This document shows, piece after piece, positions 45,367 through 54,906 of a stretch of 64,000 bases of DNA (within the stretch, counting starts at the first letter, position 1; each line of letters begins with the position of its first letter). The position numbers were made by a program, and so were the translations under genes. Source of the stretch: a virus (taxonomy: Duplodnaviria > Caudoviricetes); IMG/VR virus record IMGVR_UViG_3300033061_001635, positions 96,001-160,000 of that record; one strand, written 5' to 3'. The notes under the pieces are model-generated. The model saw only the letters and a program-made list of their open reading frames with translations. It searched no databases and had not been told where the DNA came from.

Positions 45367-47862
45367 TTATTGCTCCGGTATTAATTTAGGAACATCTTTA
45401 CGAATTCCTGTGAAGCTCCAATAAAAGTTAAACGGACCGCCACTCTTACTTCTATACCCCTTAATGATAAATTTATTATTTTTTAAATCTATTTTATCCA
45501 CATAAAGCATTTTATGATGACCATAATTAGTTAATTGAATACTAACATCTTCTTCATGAATTAAATACTTTAAATAATCTGGTAAAAGTATTTCACATAT
45601 TCCATTCTTTAATTTGTCTTTTCCTGTGAGTCTTACTCCGTGATATGGACTTTCTAATGATCCATATTGTAAAGATGAATATTTTGAATCTGGATCTGGG
45701 TGTTGGATTTTAAAGTATTTTTCTTTTGCATATACTCCTTCAGCAAATGTTACATCTTTATTAGCTTCTATCTTAATTACAGACTGTCCATTATCTAAGG
45801 TATAGTATAAATTACTAGATCCTACTGTAGATGTTCCTGCTATGTCTTTATTCAGAATAAATTTTTTGTTATTATTAGTAACATTAACAGATATCCCATT
45901 AGTCAATACTGTTCCATTAGTAAATCCAGAAGCCCTAACGAATCGCACATTACCAAAAGAAGTACTAGGAATAGGCGTTTCTACTTTATATATGCCATTA
46001 TAAACAGGATAATCAAAATTAGTAAATAATACCAAATCTCCTACAGATACATTAGCCTGAGTTTCCCAAATACTAATTAGAAACCCTGGTGTCCAGCTAG
46101 TATTAGACAGTATAGTAGTGGCCGGTAAAGAAACACTGCTAATATGTTTTACTGTTTTATTGGCTGCGGTATCAACAATATTAATGCCACTAGAATTAAT
46201 AGTCATATTAAAAGTATTTAAAAAACTATTATTAACCCTAATCACACCTTCCTTGACTAATAAATCATTAACTGTTATCTTTGAGGAAGTAATATTATTA
46301 TGATTATATAAGTTATAGGAATAAGCATTTTGTACAGTCAAGTCGCCGGATCCTAAAAGTGCCCAACCAGGCTTATATCCTGTGGGACTAAACGAATTAG
46401 AATAAATTCCATCGGCACCTCCTGGGCAATCAGCCGCTGTTGGTGCCCCATAAATATGATCATTACAACAGTACCAGTTTTCTGGAACAGATCCCATGGG
46501 ACATTGTGTAGTAAAATTTAATAATGATGTATAATATTGATTTTCAAATTTAACCACATCAGTTTTATTATAAAGAGCATTTTGATTCCATGCTGGTATA
46601 TCATTCTTCCCTAATAATGTAATATCTTTAAAATTATTTAATCCATTAGTATTTAATCCACTAGAGAATAATCCGCTACCATTAACATGAAGATTTGCTG
46701 TTGGAGATGTTGTTCCTATGCCAACATTTCCTTCTACAATCAAACCATTAGTTGGGGGAGTTAAATTATAGTTTGATCCTATAGATGCTCCACCGCTAAT
46801 AGCAACTAAGCCGCTAGGGGCGGTAAATCCGACTCCAAATGTCCCACCACCATTGCACACCCAACTACGATTAGCGCCGCCACCAGCAAGAGAGTTACTA
46901 AACTGATATCGTACAGCTGAATAATCAGTTGCATAACCGAGAAAAATATTATTTGATTGAACACTTCCTCTAATAATAGTACTTCCAGCAACATCTAACT
47001 TGAATCCCGCTTGTGGAGAAGTACCAATACCAACGTTACCTATATCATTCACTCGTAATCTTTCAACACCACTAGTGCTAACTGCGATAGTATTTGTTTC
47101 TGGACTAAATAATCCAGTATCAATGTCTCCAGTAAACTCAAAAGACGGATTGGCTGCACTACCAGATCCTGCTATAAAAAATCCTGTTGCTAAAACATCT
47201 CCGGCAACGTGAAGTTTACTAGACGGAGAACTTGTTCCAATACCAACATTACCATCAGATGTAATCCTCATTTTTTCGGTTAGTGATGGAGATGCTATTG
47301 TTCCATTATTTGTATAAAAAACTAAATTGCCTAGTGTTCCAACTCCACCGGCGGCTTCATTCCATGATCCATTTTTTAACATGCCAATTTTTGCACCAAT
47401 TCTTTGTACTACTCCAACAGTTGTATTAAATGAACACCCATCAAATCTAATACTATATTCAGTATTAGCATCATTTGCTCCATTGAATCCTGCAAATCCT
47501 CCATCAATATTTAATACTTCTAATGATCCTGTTGCTGATGGCGCTATGTATCTACCACTTCCAGCAACAGTAAGTTTGTACGTGCTAGGATTAGTTCCTA
47601 TGCCAACATTAGTTCCATTATCATAAATTAAACTATTAGTAACGCCCTGAGAACTATTAAACTTGGGCAAATATCCACTAGTTCCTGTTCCAGCCAAACC
47701 AACGTAGTTGAGTTCGCTCCAGGCTGTTGTTCCATCTCCTATTTTTAATCTTAATGTATCAACCTCAAATGCTGGTTCGCCACTAGCTAGAATCTGAGCA
47801 TTATTAGCAATCCACTGAGACAAAGTGCCTTTTCTAAATTGAATATTATTTTGTCTTGGCAT
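45367..47862 (-). CDS. Fibre protein with Mtd-N-like N-terminus and C-terminal chaperone-like domain
   Basis: IQFRKGT..W....LASGEPAFEVDT.RLKIGDG.TAW..L.Y N-domain, GNVGIGT repeats, and C-terminal FKIQHP...LQYGSLESP..GV...G...LPDY. Confidence 0.75.
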   Translation of the reverse strand: MPRQNNIQFRKGTLSQWIANNAQILASGEPAFEVDTLRLKIGDGTTAWSELNYVGLAGTGTSGYLPKFNSSQGVTNSLIYDNGTNVGIGTNPSTYKLTVAGSGRYIAPSATGSLEVLNIDGGFAGFNGANDANTEYSIRFDGCSFNTTVGVVQRIGAKIGMLKNGSWNEAAGGVGTLGNLVFYTNNGTIASPSLTEKMRITSDGNVGIGTSSPSSKLHVAGDVLATGFFIAGSGSAANPSFEFTGDIDTGLFSPETNTIAVSTSGVERLRVNDIGNVGIGTSPQAGFKLDVAGSTIIRGSVQSNNIFLGYATDYSAVRYQFSNSLAGGGANRSWVCNGGGTFGVGFTAPSGLVAISGGASIGSNYNLTPPTNGLIVEGNVGIGTTSPTANLHVNGSGLFSSGLNTNGLNNFKDITLLGKNDIPAWNQNALYNKTDVVKFENQYYTSLLNFTTQCPMGSVPENWYCCNDHIYGAPTAADCPGGADGIYSNSFSPTGYKPGWALLGSGDLTVQNAYSYNLYNHNNITSSKITVNDLLVKEGVIRVNNSFLNTFNMTINSSGINIVDTAANKTVKHISSVSLPATTILSNTSWTPGFLISIWETQANVSVGDLVLFTNFDYPVYNGIYKVETPIPSTSFGNVRFVRASGFTNGTVLTNGISVNVTNNNKKFILNKDIAGTSTVGSSNLYYTLDNGQSVIKIEANKDVTFAEGVYAKEKYFKIQHPDPDSKYSSLQYGSLESPYHGVRLTGKDKLKNGICEILLPDYLKYLIHEEDVSIQLTNYGHHKMLYVDKIDLKNNKFIIKGYRSKSGGPFNFYWSFTGIRKDVPKLIPEQ

Positions 47863-47936
47863 ATTTTAACCATATTATGAGTTATCCTATTATAGAATCT
47901 AATACTATAATATTGACTATATTAACTTTGTCCAGC

Positions 47937-50252
47937 CTATGGAGTGCCACCATCTATAATAAAGTTATGTAAATATGTTCCATTAATTCCATTCATTGGG
48001 ATAATACCACTAATAGACGTTGATGAATATGTCGGAGAAGTATATCCGTTAAATGACATATTATATGTACCGCTTATATTCTTTAGTATTAAAATATCAT
48101 CATTAGCATTATATTGTAATCCAGCATCAATAAATGGACGCTGAGAAGACGATGATTGATCAGCAACTAAAACTATAGACACAAGAGGATCTGTAGAAGT
48201 AGTACCACTTATATAAATACCACTAGCAGAAGTTGCATTGGTTGCTGTATCAGCATTACCAATTAATGTTCCAGTAATACTACCAGCACCAAAGTTACCA
48301 TTAGTATCTCTCAAAACTAGTGTATTGCCAGTATTAAGTGATGTTCCCAAATCTGTTCTCATTTGGGCTAAAGTTCTACTAACTAACTGTTGAGAAGCTG
48401 CTGTTGGATCACTAACGAATACTGGAAAATAACTACCAGTAGATGCTGTTGCTGCTACTTGCAGATTAATAGTTCCAGAAGATGTTAATCCGCCACTAAA
48501 AATAGGCGCAACTGTGAAGGTTTTGACTCCACTAATTGTTTGAACTCCTGACGTTCTAAGAACAGTAGCGTCAACACCAACAGAATCAGAGGCAACACTT
48601 ATACCATCTCCTGCCCCAACATCAAATACTAAGTTGCCGCTTAGTGATCCGCCACCAGTTAAACCGTTTCCTGCTGTTAATGAAACACCAGAAGCTGCTT
48701 TGCTATTTAATTGATCTTTAATACTACTAGCAACACCAGTTAAATGTGTTAATTCACTAGTTAGTACTCCAGTACTAAATAACATCTTGTTAGCATCAAA
48801 TACAGCAACCCTATGCTCTGTCTGACTGGTAGCATACAAATTTGTACCGCTAACATTGCCATTACTTACCAGTGAACCAACTTTAACTCTTCCAAATGTT
48901 CCCGCTCCATAGTCGTTATAGCCAATAGTTCCAGTAGTAGAACTTAAGAATATAAATTCACTACTTTGGTTATTCCAACCCATAAAACCAGTAGCAGCAG
49001 CAGATCCGTCCCAATATCTTAACTGTAACCCTCTATCTAAATTATCAGCGGCCGATATAACCCCTGTTCCTCCAAGAGTTAGTACAGGATCTTGAACTGT
49101 TATTGTAGTGCTATTTACCGTTGTAGTAACACCAGTAACGGTTAGATTAGCAACTGTTAAATTGCCTGTCACATTAACACTTGGAGCATAAATATTTAAA
49201 GTATTCTCACCAGTATTAGTATAAATATTTGTAGCATAAATATTACTACTTTTAACATCTGTTAATCCCGTAATAGAAGCATTAAGAGATATTGTTGGAT
49301 TATTAGAAATGCCATCTCCATTAGCAACAGAGATATTTGTACCTTGAGCTATTGATCTAGCAGAAAATGCCCCATTATTATTTGGTCCACTTGTGCGAAC
49401 CATCAAACCACTGCCTGTGAAAGAATGTAATGTGGCTGCTTGACCAGACAAAGCAAGTTGTAGAATATTACTACTAAAGTCTGCTCTTAGTCCTGTACTA
49501 ACAGTAAGAGCAGTATCAACACAACTTGCTACACCACTACAAAAATTTGTAATATCACTATATACATGATTATGACCACTTAAACTAACAGGGAATAGAT
49601 TAGTCCCTAAAGTTCCTCCTGTTGGACCAACATAAGGAGTTTGAGCATAATATACTGCTCCACTATAAATAGTTGGATTACCAGAATATACTATCGGACC
49701 TTGAGCAAGTACTGCTGCCGCAACCCTTATGTCTATATTTCCTCCAATATACAGAGTGCCGCTAACACTAAGATCGTCAACACCAACAACCCCGGATCCA
49801 GCATCAATATTGATACCACTACTAGCTGCTATCCTGAAATTATTAACTCCAGTAATAGATGTTATTCCCGTAATAGAAGGATTTAAACCAAAAGTTGGAT
49901 TGCCACCAAGACCACTAGGATTAGTAATAGAAATATTATTATTTGTTGAAGATAATCCTCCAACAGAGAAAGTATTATTTCCAGTTTTGAATAACATACC
50001 ACTATTAGTAGCGCCGAATGTTTCATTAATACTAATACCAACCTCTTGCCATGCTCTGCTACTATTAAGAAGATATACTTTATTAGTTTGCAAATCAGCA
50101 ACAATCATACCAGTATAAGCTATTCCACTAGTATCTGAATTTGTTAAATAACCGCTACGAGCTGCTGTGGTAGAAAAGACAAAAGAGCTATCAAGAGGAA
50201 CTCCGAATTGTCTAGAAAACTGAAACGGAGCATTAACATTGGAAGCTGGCAT
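47937..50252 (-). CDS. Fibre protein (771 aa)
   Basis: F.R....PLD N-domain, a GNLTV.G.TTTVNST...V.DP fibre segment, C-terminal IDGGTP. Confidence 0.75.
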   Translation of the reverse strand: MPASNVNAPFQFSRQFGVPLDSSFVFSTTAARSGYLTNSDTSGIAYTGMIVADLQTNKVYLLNSSRAWQEVGISINETFGATNSGMLFKTGNNTFSVGGLSSTNNNISITNPSGLGGNPTFGLNPSITGITSITGVNNFRIAASSGINIDAGSGVVGVDDLSVSGTLYIGGNIDIRVAAAVLAQGPIVYSGNPTIYSGAVYYAQTPYVGPTGGTLGTNLFPVSLSGHNHVYSDITNFCSGVASCVDTALTVSTGLRADFSSNILQLALSGQAATLHSFTGSGLMVRTSGPNNNGAFSARSIAQGTNISVANGDGISNNPTISLNASITGLTDVKSSNIYATNIYTNTGENTLNIYAPSVNVTGNLTVANLTVTGVTTTVNSTTITVQDPVLTLGGTGVISAADNLDRGLQLRYWDGSAAATGFMGWNNQSSEFIFLSSTTGTIGYNDYGAGTFGRVKVGSLVSNGNVSGTNLYATSQTEHRVAVFDANKMLFSTGVLTSELTHLTGVASSIKDQLNSKAASGVSLTAGNGLTGGGSLSGNLVFDVGAGDGISVASDSVGVDATVLRTSGVQTISGVKTFTVAPIFSGGLTSSGTINLQVAATASTGSYFPVFVSDPTAASQQLVSRTLAQMRTDLGTSLNTGNTLVLRDTNGNFGAGSITGTLIGNADTATNATSASGIYISGTTSTDPLVSIVLVADQSSSSQRPFIDAGLQYNANDDILILKNISGTYNMSFNGYTSPTYSSTSISGIIPMNGINGTYLHNFIIDGGTP

Positions 50253-50278
50253 ATTATATTCCTTAAATTATAAAGATA

Positions 50279-51739
50279 TTAGTTAAGAGTAATTTTGTGC
50301 GTTGATGAACCAACGAATGGACCATCTGGTATAAAACTATATACGTTATAGGTAACAGCAGCTGCCGAGTTAGCTCCTGCAACACTAACAGTTGTTAAAG
50401 GATACCCAGTAGTAATAAATGAATTTGATGTTTCGTCAAAAACAGTAATCGTATTTCCAAGACTATATAGGCCAACAGGAACGGCAACAATAACCCTTCT
50501 GGTGCCCGCTGGGGGCTCAACTCTAAAAATCGTACCAGGACCATAGTTCAAAAAGGTTTTGCCAGACTCAAATGTGACAGTAACATCAGGTAAAGACCTA
50601 ATATTTGCACTAGTAGTAGGTGCCGATGCTGTAGTATCATAGCTACAAAATAGTCTTCTAACTCCTGTGAAAGCAGCACTATTAGTGACAGTTCCACCAG
50701 CTGCCAGAACAGTTGTAGTAGCAGAATTAGCACCTAGACTATTTATTGGAGTAATACCAGAAGCATGAGTAATAGTTGCAGAAGCTGTGTTTGGACCTTC
50801 TACCACAGCATAACTATTAACTGTATGGCTAGTTCCGACAGTATTAGTATTGCCGTTAAAAGTTCTACTATACGCAGTTGCTGCCCCAGCTCTTACCCCT
50901 TGATCTCCACCAGATCTCCAACCAGCCCCTAATCCAGTACCAGCAACATAACCCTGATCCAAAGTAGAAGATATTGTGATATTTCCTGTTGTTCCAACTT
51001 CATATCTTCCGCTAGTCGTAAAAGACGACGATGATCCAACAGGACTAACAGCACCACTAAGTCCCATAGTAACGCCGGGTACCCTGCCTACTGTTGGTTC
51101 GTATACTACTTCTAACATTTTTTTCAAGATATTTGTTATACCACTAGAGGTAGTAAATGATTCACCAATCGACAATCCTCCGATTGCAGATGTAACAGTA
51201 ATACCGTCCGTTATATTTCTAATATTGATACCAGATGCTGTGACAATTCCACCATCAGGATTTAATGATATGGTACTAAGGTTATATCCACTAACAGTTA
51301 TACCACTTGAAGTTGATGATAAAGTATTACTAGAAATACTAATACTACTATCTTGAAAATTTTCTAATTTTGCACTAAGACCTATAGTATAATAAGTACC
51401 ACTAACACTAGTATCATTTAATAGTCCGCTAAGAGGAAGAGTCTGAAAGGTTATACCATCTTGTCCACCACTAATTCCAGTAATATAACTATATAATGTA
51501 TAAGCATTATTTAAACTACTGAATCTAAAACCTATACCTGTTGAAGATATTAAAGCACTACCACCAGCATAAGGTAAACCATCCCAATTACTTCCTGCAG
51601 TTAAGCCAAGACCAGTAGCACCAATCTTGAATTTACCAGTATCTAATTCAAAACCTATTTCACCAGGAGCCAACACTGTGTTTGGTAACCAATCTGCTGC
51701 AAGACCTCTTCTTAACTGAATTTTAGTATTACGAGCCAT
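50279..51739 (-). CDS. Fibre/adaptor protein with Mtd-N-like N-terminus
   Basis: IQLRRG..W....LAPGEIGFELDTGKFKIG...W..LPY. Confidence 0.75.
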   Translation of the reverse strand: MARNTKIQLRRGLAADWLPNTVLAPGEIGFELDTGKFKIGATGLGLTAGSNWDGLPYAGGSALISSTGIGFRFSSLNNAYTLYSYITGISGGQDGITFQTLPLSGLLNDTSVSGTYYTIGLSAKLENFQDSSISISSNTLSSTSSGITVSGYNLSTISLNPDGGIVTASGINIRNITDGITVTSAIGGLSIGESFTTSSGITNILKKMLEVVYEPTVGRVPGVTMGLSGAVSPVGSSSSFTTSGRYEVGTTGNITISSTLDQGYVAGTGLGAGWRSGGDQGVRAGAATAYSRTFNGNTNTVGTSHTVNSYAVVEGPNTASATITHASGITPINSLGANSATTTVLAAGGTVTNSAAFTGVRRLFCSYDTTASAPTTSANIRSLPDVTVTFESGKTFLNYGPGTIFRVEPPAGTRRVIVAVPVGLYSLGNTITVFDETSNSFITTGYPLTTVSVAGANSAAAVTYNVYSFIPDGPFVGSSTHKITLN

Positions 51740-51774
51740 TTTGTATTCTCCCGGTATATTGTTATATTATTTAA

Positions 51775-52125
51775 TTAAGGCATTCCGCAATCAAACTGAT
51801 ACTGATCTAAATACCCACTCAATCCAACATTATTAATACCCCAAAGAAGATCATCAACATGAACACTAGCATTATCTCCCAAAAAATCAGTTATGTACTG
51901 ATCCAAGCCATCAATTCTACTAACATCTAATGTTCCACTAATTTTACTAAAAGGAATATTATCTGGCAAATCACTCCAAAGAATTTTTTCAGTATTTACA
52001 ATTTCCAAATTAAAAGAGTCATATCGTTCAACTTCTATAATGTCTGTAACAGTATCCAAAAACATAGTTTCAATTTCAATAATATGATTTGTTGGTTCTG
52101 TAATTTCAATTATATAATTGCTCAT
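51775..52125 (-). CDS. Small acidic virion protein ending FDCGMP
   Basis: Likely start MSNYIIEI at 52125 (ATGA overlap with the upstream stop); IIEI repeats. Confidence 0.7.
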   Translation of the reverse strand: MSNYIIEITEPTNHIIEIETMFLDTVTDIIEVERYDSFNLEIVNTEKILWSDLPDNIPFSKISGTLDVSRIDGLDQYITDFLGDNASVHVDDLLWGINNVGLSGYLDQYQFDCGMP

Positions 52126-52523
52126 ACAGAACACTCCAAAGGATCATTAGATTGACTAAATCGCTTAACTATGTTTAATGTTCCAAATAATATTCTAGTA
52201 GTATATTTACCTCCTCCGCTATATAACTCATCTGGACTTTGCAATTCTAAATCATATTTAGCTGAATTAAAATTAAAAGAATTAGTATATAAAGCAGAAA
52301 ACATTAATGTTATTTTACCACTAGAACCATTTATGCTAAAACTATATACACCATCCGTATTGTCAGTTGAAAAAATATATGACAATCCAGTATTGGTCTT
52401 CCAAGTTAATCTAGCACACCAATTAGTCAAGTCTACTGGAATACCATTAGCATCTTTATAAATTAAACTAATTTTAAAAGAGGTGCCTTGTTCTATAGCA
52501 AAATCATATTTACTAGCTGCCAT
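52122..52523 (-). CDS. Virion adaptor protein (BppU-N-like Ig fold), paralog of 31954..32913 N-domain
   Basis: YDFAIEQGTSF...D..G.PVDLT...KYDLEL...RILFGTLNIVKR. Confidence 0.6.
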   Translation of the reverse strand: MAASKYDFAIEQGTSFKISLIYKDANGIPVDLTNWCARLTWKTNTGLSYIFSTDNTDGVYSFSINGSSGKITLMFSALYTNSFNFNSAKYDLELQSPDELYSGGGKYTTRILFGTLNIVKRFSQSNDPLECSV

Positions 52524-52566
52524 AGCTTATTGCCCCATTATAATAATGTAAAGAATATATAAACTT

Positions 52567-52572
52567 ATACAC
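52567..52572 (-). promoter_or_regulatory. Putative late promoter motif GTGTAT for fibre cluster
   Basis: AGGTGTATAAG right after the capsid terminator, 44 bp upstream of the ATG at 52523. Confidence 0.6.
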
Positions 52573-52575
52573 CTA

Positions 52576-52607
52576 ATAAAAAAGGCCAGCCTTTTAGGCT
52601 AGCCTTT
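52576..52607 (-). terminator. Rho-independent terminator after major capsid gene
   Basis: AAAGGCTAGCCT-AAA-AGGCTGGCCTTT followed by TTTATT. Confidence 0.8.
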
Positions 52608-52642
52608 AATATTTCTAATTTTAATAAATTAAAATAAAGATA

Positions 52643-53665
52643 TTATAGAGCACCAATTAGAACTCTACGATTGTCAAGAACAGCAAAGCCAAGTTCTGCC
52701 CAACCATAGAATCCGGCTCTCTTTTGACGATGTAGTGTTTCGTCTTCGAAGATTTGAACTTCTTGACGAATTGGCATTATGAAACTATCTCTCTTGCGTT
52801 GATCTAAACCAACTACAATCTCAGTCTTGCCGCCTCCTGGCATTGAAGCACCTAGTCCACCTGTGGCTGAACTATAGAATAGTTGATACTGTTGACCAAC
52901 ACCAAGCTCATCTAGATCATGAAGGTTAACGCCGAATACTCTGTTGATAGAACCATCACCAGCAGTATAAATTTCTCTGCGAGTAACTTCATCAACTTGG
53001 TCAATACCCCAATTGCGGATATCTTCCATAGCTTCTGGACTAACATAAAGATCAGTTAATAAGCCTCTGTTGTTTGATGTGCTGTTACCGCCGCCATTAC
53101 GACGCATAACAGTTTTCATAAGACTTACTAAACGCTTGGTGAACTGACTGCTGTTAGCATCGCTATCGTATACAACAATATTACGATCAACACCAGCAGC
53201 AAGTAGTGTATGCCAACCATCATCGTTCATCTTCTTAACAAAAGAAGCTTCTAAGACTTCCATAGCACGACCAACAACGTCCCAACGGGCGTCACGAGCA
53301 TACTTTAGAAGATAATCGATACTAGCACCAACATCATAGGTTGGAACCATGACGTAATCGCCTTCAACATGGCGTTCTGGAATATAACCATGATTAGGAA
53401 TTGTATAGGCAACAAAGTCTTTCTCTGTGCCAGGAGCTAAGAAATCGAGTGGGAATTCTGGAGTAGCACTTTGAGCTAATTGAATTGGCTCGAAGATACC
53501 ATCAAGAACATCCCCACTAAGGATACCTTTACGAAGAGGAAGCTCAAGAGCTTTTGCAAATTCTGCATTAGCAGCAAGAGCGGTCTCTCTATTAGCCGAA
53601 CCAGAACGCATTAGAAGATCTGTTAATTCTGGTGTTGGCTGAAATCTTTCGGTTTTGGCTGACAT
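52643..53665 (-). CDS. Major capsid protein (HK97 fold)
   Basis: 340 aa, after the protease/scaffold and decoration genes. Strong RBS, downstream terminator, and C-terminal GFYGWAELGFAVLD typical of HK97-fold capsids. Confidence 0.85.
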   Translation of the reverse strand: MSAKTERFQPTPELTDLLMRSGSANRETALAANAEFAKALELPLRKGILSGDVLDGIFEPIQLAQSATPEFPLDFLAPGTEKDFVAYTIPNHGYIPERHVEGDYVMVPTYDVGASIDYLLKYARDARWDVVGRAMEVLEASFVKKMNDDGWHTLLAAGVDRNIVVYDSDANSSQFTKRLVSLMKTVMRRNGGGNSTSNNRGLLTDLYVSPEAMEDIRNWGIDQVDEVTRREIYTAGDGSINRVFGVNLHDLDELGVGQQYQLFYSSATGGLGASMPGGGKTEIVVGLDQRKRDSFIMPIRQEVQIFEDETLHRQKRAGFYGWAELGFAVLDNRRVLIGAL

Positions 53666-53695
53666 GTGTTTTTCTCCCTTTATTTAAAAAATGAA

Positions 53696-54151
53696 TTATA
53701 GGTTAACTGATACTTTGGCATAACCGTCGGCGTCTTTGGCACTTAGGAACTGGCCAATCTTAACAGCGTTAGTTGAGCTTGTTCCAATTAAACCACTGAC
53801 ACCAACATAAGCATCAGCACCAGCAGATGGCGTTGTGCTCGCAACTAGCATATTTGTTGTTACTTGACCTTGACGAAGGAGGGTGACTTTACCACCAACC
53901 TGTGTCTCGTCTTTGTGCCAATTGATGTGTTGTCTTGTTAGATCAAGATTAACAACATCATTTAATAGAACGCCTACCGGCTTACCGGAAACAGAAGCGC
54001 CATATTCTACTACAGCATTGCCATCATCCATCGAGACGCCAACACCGCTGGTAGCTGTTACAACACTAACAACACCACCTCTCTCTGCTGTTGATGTCAT
54101 GAAGAATGAGACGTCAGTTAAAAGTTCGATACGATCTGGTTTTAGAGCCAT
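53696..54151 (-). CDS. Capsid decoration/cement protein
   Basis: 151 aa between scaffold and MCP; PVGVLLNDV...VTLLRQGQVTT...AYVG.SG beta-tulip-like pattern. Confidence 0.7.
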   Translation of the reverse strand: MALKPDRIELLTDVSFFMTSTAERGGVVSVVTATSGVGVSMDDGNAVVEYGASVSGKPVGVLLNDVVNLDLTRQHINWHKDETQVGGKVTLLRQGQVTTNMLVASTTPSAGADAYVGVSGLIGTSSTNAVKIGQFLSAKDADGYAKVSVNL

Positions 54152-54177
54152 TGTAATTTCTCCGTATTAATTGGTGA

Positions 54178-54906
54178 TTACTTATTGTTTTTTTTACCTA
54201 GTTTACTACTTACAAATTCGATCAAAGCTGCTCTAGTTGTTTCTAGTGCAGATACTACATCGTCGCTACCAACCCCCAAATTTACACTAGCTTCAACTTC
54301 GGCTGTTTCTAGGACCGATGGATCTGCTTCAACTGAAGTTTGTTCTGATGCTGTTTTACGCATCATCATAGCCTTATCTTCTTTTTTGTCTTCTTTATCT
54401 TGTTCTTCATCTTGCTTTTTAATCTTTTCTAACCAAGGTGGCATTTTTCCAGCAAAAAGAGAAGTCATAGCTTGAAAAGCCTCATCATCCAAACTTTCGA
54501 ATTTGTCAACTGTTGCCTCGGCTGATTCATTATCAATACCAGCCTCAATTAAAGTAGCCATTCTCTTCATCTTTTTTTCTTTCTTCATCATAGCTTCTTC
54601 TTTAGCAACATATTCTGCGATAGTGGTAAGAGCAGCTTCTAATTCACTCTTGGCTTTCTTCATCATCTCTTCTTCTTTTTTCATTTGTTCTTCGGTCTTT
54701 TTAGCTGCTTCTGATTTGATTTGTTCAATTTCAGCTTTTAGTGTTTCATTGGCAACAGTTAACTCTTCAATTTTTGATGTTAATTCTGCAGCATTAACTT
54801 CTGCAACTTGAACAACTTCTGTTTGTTCAACTTGTTCTGCTGCAACTTCTGCAACCACTGGCACTTCTTTATTTTCCGTATTAATTTCTGTATTAGCTGA
54901 ACTCAT
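54178..54906 (-). CDS. Nested in-frame scaffolding protein (242 aa, MSSANTE...)
   Basis: Internal ATG at 54906 with GGAG at 54916-54919 and GTGTAT at 54945-54950. It starts at the protease/coiled-coil boundary. Confidence 0.6.
   Translation of the reverse strand: MSSANTEINTENKEVPVVAEVAAEQVEQTEVVQVAEVNAAELTSKIEELTVANETLKAEIEQIKSEAAKKTEEQMKKEEEMMKKAKSELEAALTTIAEYVAKEEAMMKKEKKMKRMATLIEAGIDNESAEATVDKFESLDDEAFQAMTSLFAGKMPPWLEKIKKQDEEQDKEDKKEDKAMMMRKTASEQTSVEADPSVLETAEVEASVNLGVGSDDVVSALETTRAALIEFVSSKLGKKNNK

Noticed and set aside
38210-51739. Diversity-generating retroelement suggested by Mtd-like N-domains and duplicated fibre blocks
   Set aside because: No reverse transcriptase in the window. 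Both duplicated copies are inside coding genes, differences are not adenine-specific, and they are not at C-termini.
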